Source: Octopus vulgaris (Eukaryota). From it: 64,000 nt of DNA. Below are positions 51,559-64,000 of this stretch, piece after piece. Position 1 is the stretch's first letter. The number at the start of each line of letters is the position of its first letter. Made by a program: the position numbers and the translations under genes. The stretch lies in contig OX597835.1 of NCBI GenBank assembly GCA_951406725.2, positions 17,360,001 to 17,424,000 of the forward strand, written 5' to 3'. The notes under the pieces were generated by a model, which was not told where the DNA came from, made no database searches, and saw nothing but the letters and a program-made list of their open reading frames with translations.

Positions 51559-51560
<2 letters not shown>
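51368..51560 (+). mobile_element. Non-LTR-like 3' UTR fragment in (TCTA)n, copy 1
   Basis: Nearly identical to 53798-54008; ends ggccAATAAAgaaactt followed by (atct)n. Confidence 0.7.
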
Positions 51561-51629
<69 letters not shown>

Positions 51630-51719
51630 TATATGTGAATGTGTATCCGTATAAGCATACACACAATATATGCACCTCTCTTTTACTCTCTGTACCTTTT
51701 CTCTCTCTCTGTCTCTGTC

Positions 51720-51768
<49 letters not shown>

Positions 51769-52221
51769 TTGTCTGTCTGTCTATCTATCAATCAATCTAT
51801 CTAGCTATCTGTGTGTGTCTCTCTCTATGTCTCTACTTCTTTGTATACATATCTCTCCCTCAGTCTCTACCCATTTGACTAAGTACCTACCAACCTACAT
51901 AACACACTCACACATACACTCTCTATCTCTCCCCTCTCCCAATCACACATATCGATTATCTATAATCAGTCACACCAGATGTCTAACACATACGCCGACA
52001 ATTATGTTTCCTCACTCGCTCTACATTTACCGTACACACCGCACTCGACATTCTAGTCATTCTCCACTAACATGCTGCAAGACAACGCTATCATATTTCT
52101 GATAACAGCTCCAACATGCTCCAGTCTACGCAGATACATGTTTAAGCTGGTTTCCTAGATGTAATATTACTGCTACTGTTTTCAAACATGCTTCAATATT
52201 TATGGGAAGCTAACAAGTTTA

Positions 52222-52264
<43 letters not shown>

Positions 52265-53653
52265 GTATGTGTGCATATGTGTGTGTGTGTGTGTAGATAT
52301 ATATATATATATGTAGGCGTCGTCAAACGTCAATGGTAGAAGCAATATGATGTTCACACAGAACAATTTTAGCTTTGGTGGGCAGCACGATTCATCGATC
52401 TTCTTTTTCATTTACAAAATTATTCTGCATATACAGAAAGCAAAAAATGTGTCACGTACATGGCTTCCGTACCTGCTAGAAATAATAGTCATATCTCTTC
52501 GACTGAAAAACGAAAAGCACTCCTGGTACTTTATAAAAATACACATTGGAGGCCGTTGGATAACGGACAAGACAGGATTTTGAGCCTGTCAGAAATAATT
52601 GGCTGATCTCTTCAACAGAATATCCAAAACCATTCTTGAAACACTATTGAAAGAAATTTTGCCGGATGTTGGATAATAGATAAGGCGGGTCTTGTACCTG
52701 CAAGAAATAATAATCAGATCTGTCCAATTGATAAACCAAAATTACTGCTAAAACTTTATAAAAAGACAGTGCAGGATGTTGGATAAGCGACATGGCGCGT
52801 TTTTGAATGTACCAGAAGTAATAGTCATGTCTCTCTAATTGAAAACCCCAAAACACGCTTGATACTTTATAAAAGGATATATAACATACATGTCATTGGA
52901 CAATCGACAAAGTAGAGGAGTCCTAGACAAAAAACTTGAAGGTTATTGCAGCTAAATGGAAAATCTGTACCAGCAAACCAGGGCTGGGTGGCAACTAGCA
53001 AGTGAGCCGCTACTGTGACGCATCAACGATCAGGCTCGTTGTACCTAGTACCTGGCCTGTCGGCAGTCTTCAAGGAGAACGACGCTAAGTGCTTTACTCA
53101 CCGTCCAAGGCAGTTTATTCATAGATGACGCCGACAACGACGACGACGATGGCGACTTCGATTTGTCTACGTTATTCAAATAAATACCACTAGCCACATA
53201 CCTATGGCCATTCTGCGTAATTCTTCTTAGCTCAGTTGTTTGTTAAATTTATATGAATACCGTTCGCCATACATATTTGCTACATTTCTTTGCCTTTTCT
53301 CTCTTTCCTTGCAGAAGATAAAGCCCGACTACAGTCCAGTTGAAGACGGCAATTGAGCCAGACATCTGTGTAACAGATTGTCTTCTTGTCTCCAGATACT
53401 AACATCATCTCTTTTCTTAACACTATATCAATTTTAGAGAAATTCTTCACTGTTGAGTTTGTCGCCGGTTCTCAAGTGGAGCTGGACATAACTAGCATTT
53501 GGTAATTGGTATCATATTCGACACACCCATGCTTCTGTATTTGTCTGCGTTGTTCAGATATGTGCCTTCGGCGATTCAGTCTTGTTTTGCGTAGCTCATT
53601 TATACTTAAATTCTCTCTCTTTCTGTCTGTCTGTCTGTCTCTCTCACTCCATC

Positions 53654-53685
<32 letters not shown>

Positions 53686-53718
53686 CCTACCTACCTACCT
53701 ACCTACCTACCTACCTAC

Positions 53719-53773
<55 letters not shown>

Positions 53774-53797
53774 CCTACCTATCTATCTATCTATCTA

Positions 53798-54006
53798 TCT
53801 TTTTCCTTTTCTTTTTTTTCTTTTTATTTTATTCAATTTTTTTTGTTTTTGTTCTTTTCTTCCCTTTACGATCCCTCTTGATCGAAAACCTACGCCACCC
53901 CGCCTTTTTTTTCTTTTGTTTTTTGTTCTCTTCATCCCCCAAAAGAAAAGCTCTACCTTGTAACTTGTCCCATCTGTGTGCAGCCCTGTGTGGCCAATAA
54001 AGAAAC

Positions 54007-54008
<2 letters not shown>
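53798..54008 (+). mobile_element. Non-LTR-like 3' UTR fragment in (TCTA)n, copy 2
   Basis: As copy 1, with (TCTA)n on both sides. Confidence 0.7.
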
Positions 54009-54050
<42 letters not shown>

Positions 54051-54270
54051 GTGTGTGTATAGACGTACGTATACATGGATATACGTATATATACATAAAA
54101 TTAGTGTACAATTAAGCACAAAAGAGGTGACCCCTAACAGACCGCCTTATATGCTAGAAGGAACAGTCAAAACGTCCAAAACCACATGTAAGACCAATTT
54201 TGAAATGAATGAAAAATAAAAACTTTTACCTTAAAAACTTTTATATATATTTAACTCTCAGCTCACTTGT

Positions 54271-54301
<31 letters not shown>

Positions 54302-54570
54302 CACATTTATATATATATATATGCACCAGCATATACACAACCACTGGGGTCGCTTCATTCGTAACACCAACCAAGACGATGCAAATCAGCATTGTGATCA
54401 GCGATGTATAACAACCAAGATTGTGGGGGAGCATATGATCACATGGTATATATGTGTTTGTGTATGTGTGTGTGTACTCACCCACTTAGATTTATCTCTT
54501 TATCAATAAACTAATATGTATGTATGTATCTATCTTTCTTTCTATCTATCAATCTATCTCTCTTTCTATC

Positions 54571-54613
<43 letters not shown>

Positions 54614-55019
54614 CTATGAATGTATGTACGTATCAATCTGTGTATCTATCTATCAACATATATATATAAATATATATATGCGTTTGTGTGTATGTGTATG
54701 GACATGTGTATGAGCACGTGTGTATATATATATATGTGTGCATGTGTGTGTTCATCAGTGGTGTTGCATGATTGCTGGTCGTGCAATATATTCCCTTGGT
54801 GTACAGATGATTGCACACAAGAAATCGATTTTTAATATAAATCTTACATTCTAATAAGGAAGAAGATGGACAACGTACACTGCAACACATGCATGTATTG
54901 ACGCACAGACAGACACACGCACATATACTCTGGTGATTGGGTATGTACTCTTTATCAAATGCCTTGCTTTGATTTTTTTTCAAATTGCATGTTCCGGTTC
55001 TAAGTGGAAATAATCATAC

Positions 55020-55730
<711 letters not shown>

Positions 55731-56731
55731 TATGTATATACCATGCAGACAGGAACACATGTCTACAAACTTCCACACACACTTATATATTAGCATGCCT
55801 CCTTCTGTCTGAGTGTCTGCTTGTGCTTCTTTCTCTCTCTCTCTCTCTCTTCCCTCTCTTTCTATACATATTTGTACGTGTGTGTAAGAGTGTTTCTGTG
55901 TGTATGTATGTATTTGCATGTATATGTGTTTGTTCTTGTGTGTGTAATATCCTATATTTATATACTATATGTGTATATCTATTTACGTATTTATCGAACT
56001 ATTTCTCTCTCTCTATCTCTCTGTATATATATATATTTATTTATTTATACATGTATATGTATATAATTATATGTGTATAGATATATGTGTATAGATATGT
56101 ATATATACATATCTATACACATACACACACACACTCACACACACATATATATATATACATATATATATACATATCTATACACATGTATATATACACATAT
56201 ATATATATACATATCTATACACATATATATATACATATATATGTATATATATATATGTATATATATGTACATATATATATATGTATATATATATGTATAT
56301 ATATATATATATGTATATATATATGTATATATATATATATATATATCTGTATATGTATATATATATGTGTGTGTGTGCGTACGGCAGCACACACGAGCGC
56401 ATGCATACACTTGCCCACACTCAAACATGTACATACATACATACATATATACACACATACATAAACACGCACACATTTTATTTATAAACCCTTTGAGATC
56501 AATCGCTTACTCGTGCTACACTATTACGATATGTTGGAATATGTTCGAAACGTCCCGTTGGACATTTCTCCAACTAAAACCAGCCCTTCTCTTTTAGATA
56601 TCACTGAAGACTTATAATAGACTAATATCCTGATAAAAACATCCGCTGGTCCTTTACCAACCACACACACACAAACACACACAAAAACACACATGTTCAT
56701 ACACACACGCACAATACATACATACATACAA

Positions 56732-56770
<39 letters not shown>

Positions 56771-56977
56771 GACATCAAGTCACATATTGACACTCACCGA
56801 CCTTCACACAAACACGCACTTTCTCGTTCGCCATCGACATTCACCAAGATCAAACCAGCCAAAATAAATTGCTCTCGGAAACAAGATTGTCTCATGCTAA
56901 TTAATTGGCAGAGTTCCCACCATCAGCTCAGTTCGATCTCTCCATAACTCCCTCTCCATCTCACTGACTCTTCCACT

Positions 56978-57021
<44 letters not shown>

Positions 57022-57179
57022 TATAACAGCTTTCCTTAATCTCCTGTCTCTTATTCTAACAAATACACCCTCACATTGTTCGTCTTCTACCAACGCTTGC
57101 TATTCCCACACCCTCTCTCTCTCTCGTACACACATCCTCTGTCCCTCTTTTTCTCTGTTAATCTCCCTGACGACTAACT

Positions 57180-57660
57180 CCCACTACAGCCACCACTTCC
57201 GCCACTGCCACCACCACCACCACCACCGCCGCCGCCGCCGCCGCCGCCGCCACTGCCACTACGTTCGAGCCCAACCCTCCACCCACCAAACAACGAGACA
57301 CAACAACCACCGTTTTCTATTCTAATTGCATTATTTCGACAGAACCGTGCCAAACGGCTCACTGTTTACAGAAAGAGTTGTCCGCCGCCAACGTCACCGT
57401 GACCATCACCAGAAACATCGTTACCACCAGGCTTGCTATCAACACTACTGCAATGATGACGATGATGATGACGATTATTATTATTATTATCATTATTATT
57501 ATTATTATTATTATTATCATTATTATTATTACTATTATTAATATTGTTATTATTATTCTCCTCCTCCTCCTCCTCCTCCTCGTCCACTCATCATCATCAT
57601 CAACATCATCGTCATCATCATCATAATCATCATCAGCATCATAATCGCCATCGTCACCAT
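57180..57660. repeat. (CCA)n(CCG)n, (ATT)n, (CCT)n, (CAT)n trinucleotide cluster
   Basis: Seen directly. Confidence 0.9.
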
Positions 57661-57725
57661 TGTATCTTTCTATTCAGTATTTCAATGGTAGCGACCATGT
57701 ATCAATAATCCTGGAAATTACATAC

Positions 57726-57784
<59 letters not shown>

Positions 57785-58606
57785 CACACACACGCACACA
57801 CACACACACACGCACGCACACACACTAATACACACACACACTTACATACATGCATAATACACACACACACACGTACATACGAATATATGTATGTACATGT
57901 ACATGCACACACACACACAAATGTTTTTACATGTGTATGTAGAAAAACGTATATATATATATATGTGTGTGTGTATATGCATATATGTACACTCACGCAT
58001 CCACGCACACATACGCCCACACAAACAACTCTTTATTCATTATCCATCTTCCATTCCTTACCGGGTACCTATGGTTATCTCTGGGTATCTCTGGCTATAC
58101 AAAAGTGCAATCGTCTGTTTGATATATGTCATGTTTTAGACATGGGTGTATAAATCTAATCGAATTTGAAAATAAATAAATAAATAAATAAATAAATGGA
58201 TAAAATCAAATAAAAGCTAAAAATAAGAAAAAAATGAAAAATAGAAAAAAAAAATATATAAATATAAAAGTTAAATCAACCCAGAAATATTATCATGACG
58301 AAACACTGGCAGTTATGAAAAACCTGTTTGTCCCTTTGATCTATCTGATGTATATTTACTGTATGATGTTACGACTTCTATCAACAACCGTTCTCTATTA
58401 GTGATGTTTTCCTTTTTTTGTCTCTCTTTCTTTGCGGTCTCAATACACCAGCGATATCATATATTGAATGTGGGACCGAAACGTTAAGATCAGCAATAAC
58501 AAGCAATAATTGTATGATAACAACTTCAGTAAATATTTTACTAACCACCCTCCATCTCATTCGCAGATATATTTACACACATACTCTCTGTGTCCACACA
58601 CACGCA

Positions 58607-58640
<34 letters not shown>

Positions 58641-58677
58641 GGTATGTATGTATATGTGTGTGAATTTTTCTTTCTCA

Positions 58678-58734
<57 letters not shown>

Positions 58735-59572
58735 TGAAATAGATTGCAACATTGCAAAGGCCTTTAGTCGGATGTTTGATATAAAAATGTATTTTCGAAA
58801 ATAGAAATTGTTACATATTGGTAGAGTCATATTTTCTCAATATATTAAAAATATGCACTATTGTTACATGCATAAATATTTGATTTCTGCTATTTTCTCT
58901 TCTTTGATAAAGATCAAAGCAATAATTCCTATCATCGGAGAAATACCCACCTTCTTTCTTGGCGCTGATATTAGTTTTCCATTGATGCATTGAATAAACA
59001 ATGTGAAGCGATCATCCGTCGGTGGCAAAGATGACTAGTGCACTGAAGGGAATTCTTATTGTGTAAATAAGCGAGTAATCCAAAGTGAAGTGGTAAGAAA
59101 CTCAATTGTGCCGAACCGCAGATCTTCAGAGGAGAAATCCCACTTCAGCTGAGATTTTTGGCCCGAAACTCATTACACTCGAAAGGGACCAAGTCACATC
59201 GCGGTCATGACTTCTGGATGCCCTTCTGGGGACACTTAGGATATTAGAGACTTGTGCATTTAAGTCGCCTGGAGATTTCATCTACTTTTAACTCCTCCCC
59301 GATGACGCAGCGTTGAAACTGCATCAGAATCACCGTGGCATTGTTGGTGACATTCTGGCCATTTAAATTTGGAGAATATCCTACTCGAAGCCATTTTTTT
59401 AGTCATCTCACTGAAGCAGAAGAAAAAAAAAATATGGCTTTTATCCATAATGCTATGTAGTCGCATCGAACCTAAAACCAGCTAAATACGAAGCCAATGA
59501 CGACTCCCACAAGTGAAAATGTTACTTTCAGACTCAGAAAATTAGGGGAAATTGGAGCCATTACAGATTGAC

Positions 59573-59607
<35 letters not shown>

Positions 59608-59796
59608 AGTTTGAATTTACAAAATATATGCATCAGATGGACTTTCGCATGGAATACGACGTATGAATGTCGAATGTTTGCCGAAGAAGCTGCACAAATG
59701 ATTTGTTTGTACCGAACAAATGTATCCGATCTACATTACTCCCTCCATCAAATCTCGGTATTGCTTGTACGGATGAACGAGTGTGCCACACGTTCC

Positions 59797-59858
<62 letters not shown>

Positions 59859-60209
59859 CATACATATATATGTATAGGTATATGACTGTGTGTATATATA
59901 TTGTTATACATATACATATATGTATATGGATATATATATATATATAGATCTATCTCCTTATCTATCTCTCTTTCACTCACTCTCTCTCTCTATGTATAAA
60001 TATACATACGTGTGTGTATGCGTATATACATCTAAATATGAATATGTGTGTGTTACTATACAGGCATATATATGTCTGTGTGTATATATATTTATGTGTG
60101 TCTATACAGACATATTACACATACATATATATTTACGCGTGTGTATGTTTGTGTATGCATGTATATATATATACACACACATACACAAACTTATATACAT
60201 ATGTATTTG

Positions 60210-60249
<40 letters not shown>

Positions 60250-60676
60250 GACATACACGCACACAACAAGTATTTTCATCTATACATATGTGTTTTTTTA
60301 TATACATATATAAACATTTATAAACATTACACATTCATATATTCACACTCAAAAACATATGACAACTTAGAATTATTAAGTAATCGAGCTGAGTGGAGTC
60401 CATATATGTATTTTCCCCTTCCGGTTAATTGATTGATATTTAACTTATTAACAGTGATTGATTGATGTCCCAACAAAGAAACCACCGAATGCTACTCCCT
60501 TGACGCTCGGAGCTGCTGGCACAGGACAGCCGAATAAATGAAGACACAACAAACAGACTGTCTCTAATCTTTAGTACCGTCTGATTAAATCTATTCCCAT
60601 ACATGACATGTCGGAGGTAGGAATGGATGTCTTAACAGAAATCAATATGGCGTATGGTGGAAGGTAAAACTAACCT

Positions 60677-60713
<37 letters not shown>

Positions 60714-60758
60714 TACTGTTTGTCTGATCGTCTGCTTGTCTGCGCATTACTGTGCTTG

Positions 60759-60819
<61 letters not shown>

Positions 60820-61108
60820 GTCTGTCTGTCTGCCTCACTCTGTGTCTTTCTGCATGTCTGTCGGTTCATCGGTGCATGTTTACCTGTTTATCTGTTTCCC
60901 TCCTTTTAATCTCTCTCTCTCTCTCTGGTTATCTACCTCTGGCTACCATTTTATGTTTGTCTGTCTATCTATCTATCTATCTATATATATATATATCCAC
61001 TAACCTACCTACCTACCTACCTACCTACCTACCTTCCTACCTACCTACCTACCTACATATCTATCTGTTTATCTACCTTCATAATTACCTACCTACTTAT
61101 GTACCGAC

Positions 61109-61181
<73 letters not shown>

Positions 61182-61668
61182 ATTCTGTGTCTCTGTATAT
61201 TGTTCTCTCTATCCAAATGTCTCCCAGTCTGTCTATCACTATTTACCTTCGCTCTGTCTATCCAACCATTCATCATACAGACACATACGCACCCGCGCCC
61301 ACAACCTCGTACCCTTCCCCCATAAATACATACAAAAACGTCCACACAATTACGTATATACAAACCATTTGGAAATTCAATTACATCTGTGCCTTGTGAC
61401 GACACTGCACACTGAAGAAAAAACATCGAAAACTGACAACTGCATATATGATTGCATACAAAACACGTACACGCGCATATATACACACACACAGGCAGAG
61501 ACTCACGCGCGCGTGCGCGCACAAACACACAAGTCTATGTTATCATTGGCAGAACCGCTAGTGTTTAGGACAAAATAGTTGGCATTGTTTCTCTCGACTC
61601 ATTCAGTTCTGAGTTAGTATCCTGCAAATGCTAAATTTTGATTTCCATCCTTTCGGCTTCGCAATGGA

Positions 61669-61703
<35 letters not shown>

Positions 61704-61789
61704 AAGAAATATACATAAATATGTACACACAGCCTTGCACACACACACACACACACACGCACACACACATATATATATATATTATATTA

Positions 61790-61990
61790 AATTAGAGACA
61801 AAACCACTATTAGGCAAATCAAACAATGAAAAACTTAAGCCAATACATAAGATTATTTAATTCATATTATTTAAATATATAACAAAATTATTAAAAAAAT
61901 ATAATTAATATCACACTACGATCGTTTCATGCCTGCTAACTTCTTCAAATTTTTGAGTCGCTGTCATTCATCAGGTGGTTTAAATATTTA
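61790..61990 (-). mobile_element. Short PLE-terminal-repeat-like element with hammerhead core
   Basis: Related to 9870-10005, lies between TA tracts, and contains the hammerhead at 61914-61977. Confidence 0.7.
61914..61977 (-). ncRNA. Type I hammerhead ribozyme motif, canonical core
   Basis: CAC-CTGATGA-ATG(acagcgac...gttagcagg)CAT-GAAA-CGATCG-TA-GTG; all conserved core positions present. Confidence 0.78.
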
Positions 61991-62029
61991 TCTTGGCGAG
62001 GTTTAAACAATATATATATATATATATAT

Positions 62030-62225
62030 ATTATCTTTCACCTGCTTTAGCCATTAGGCTGCGGCTATGCTGGGGCACCGCCTTGAATTTTTACACGACC
62101 CCAGTAATTATTTTTAACCTTGGTTCTTATCGTATCACTCTCTTTGCCGAACCGCTAAGTTCCAGGGAACTAAAATACAAACACTGGTTGGCAAGTGTGA
62201 TGGGAGGACAAACACAGATACATAC

Positions 62226-62284
<59 letters not shown>

Positions 62285-62665
62285 CATACACACACATATA
62301 GATACATAACATTTTGCTATGTTATTTGTTTTAGTCATTAGACTACTGCCATACTGGGGCGCCATCTGGAAGCATTTTAGACAAGCGAATTGATTCCTGT
62401 ATTTCTTTTTAAGTCGAGTACTTATTCTATCGGATGTTTTTGTCGAACTGCTATGGTACAGGGGCATAAATAAACCAACGGCGGTCGTCAAGCGTTAAAC
62501 ACATACACAAAGACACACAAACCGATATATGTATACGAATACATGACGGGTTTCTTTCAGTTTCCGAGGACGCAGTAGTGAAAAATTTGTCCAGGGTGCC
62601 GTACAGTGGGACTGAAACCGGAACCATGTGGTTAGGAAACAAAATTGTTAGCACACAGCCACAGA
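62030..62665 (-). mobile_element. Two degraded SINE family A copies
   Basis: About 62030-62225 (tail and body) and 62318-62665 (tail to head). Confidence 0.8.
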
Positions 62666-62890
62666 CACGCACATACGTGTTGGATGTCGCTTGAATGAAA
62701 AGCCAGTCAGATTCATAGAAGTGCAATGGAAATAATGAAACACAAAACCGATGGAGAAATCGAAATAAAGCAAGAACAAAGTATATAAAAGAAAGAACAA
62801 TAAACAAACAATTATAAAGCAATAAATCAACGATTAAGAATATTATACACACACACACATACGCACAAACATATATGCATATATGTCTAA

Positions 62891-62931
<41 letters not shown>

Positions 62932-63014
62932 TAAATATATATATATAAATATATAAAAATATATATATATATATATATAATATCCATACATACATGTTTG
63001 TATATATGAATATA

Positions 63015-63081
<67 letters not shown>

Positions 63082-63392
63082 AAGAGCAGCGTAAACTGCA
63101 TTAGGATTATCTTTTAAAATCATGCAGAAAATGAAAAACGAAAAAAAAACCAAAAGATGCGATAAAGAATTTGCACAGAAGACAATTAAGAAATGGTACA
63201 TGTGTAGGCGTGAAGTCACGTTAGGAACGCCTATTAATCTCCATTCAATGCTATTTATTTATATAGCGTATTGTTCTTTGTTGTGATTACTTTTATCTTT
63301 TTTGTAATAAGAGTATTAATAAAAGTAATAGTAGCAGTAATCACCACGTGATAGTAACAACAATAATAATAATGATAATAATAATAATTATG

Positions 63393-63438
<46 letters not shown>

Positions 63439-64000
63439 TAAAGCTAACAACAACAAACGCAATGATGTTCCTCATAATTGTTATGGCGGTATTCTAATTT
63501 CTGCCGTTACCACACCGATCATATCATCTACGCTGCATGACCGTTGCATGTTCGTGCTTGAGAGAGCAAATATTGCATAAATTCGAAATTCGTCCTGGTT
63601 TTTCTCCTTCTCCATCTTTTAAAAATTTTCCTTGCTCTTCTATCTAATAATGTGTAAGATTTTTCAGCGCTTGCCTTCTCTCGTCCTTTCTTTTGTTTTT
63701 TTTTAACTTTATATCATTACTGAAAACGCCATTTTGTTTTCCACTAGTCTCTTTCTAACTTTTTTTTCTTCTACTCTACATCTAACGCTCTTTCTCATAC
63801 TGACACTTTTTCACGCTTTTTATTATTTTTTGTTAAGTTTTGGTAAAGAAGTTTTGGAGAAATCTTTTATGATATTGTTGATCTTGTTTTTGCTGTGCAT
63901 TTCGTTGTTGTTGTTGTTGTTGTTGCTCTTGCTGTTGTTACACATGTAAGAAGAACATACTCTAAAAAGAATATTAGAATATTGAATAAATAAATCGTGA

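Overview
AT-rich, microsatellite-saturated animal genomic DNA. The repeat make-up (tRNA-derived SINEs, RTE, CR1/L2-group and R4/Dong LINE remnants, Tc1/mariner remnants, very long (TA)n, (TCTA)n and (AAT)n tracts) looks like an octopus/coleoid cephalopod genome, which is an inference. I could not identify any host protein-coding gene with confidence. Almost all ORFs in the track are microsatellite translations; the recognisable ones are decayed transposon ORFs. One weak exon candidate lies at 44.7-45.4 kb, and there is a 100-N scaffold gap at 36227-36326. The most notable signal is a set of Penelope-like element (PLE) remnants: an RT remnant (about 46.0-46.7 kb), a GIY-YIG remnant (about 20.4-20.85 kb), and several unrelated short elements, mostly next to (TA)n, that each carry a minimal type I hammerhead ribozyme core. 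One of these joins a tRNA-derived Pol III head to a hammerhead-bearing tail. Also seen: a LINE/SINE pair sharing a 3' stem-loop with compensatory changes, two Helitrons sharing only their 3' end, an element embedded twice in (TCTA)n, an 80-bp perfect palindrome, and SINE-associated tandem duplications. All alignments were done by eye, so boundaries of degraded repeats are approximate. SINE family letters A-E are labels used only in this report.
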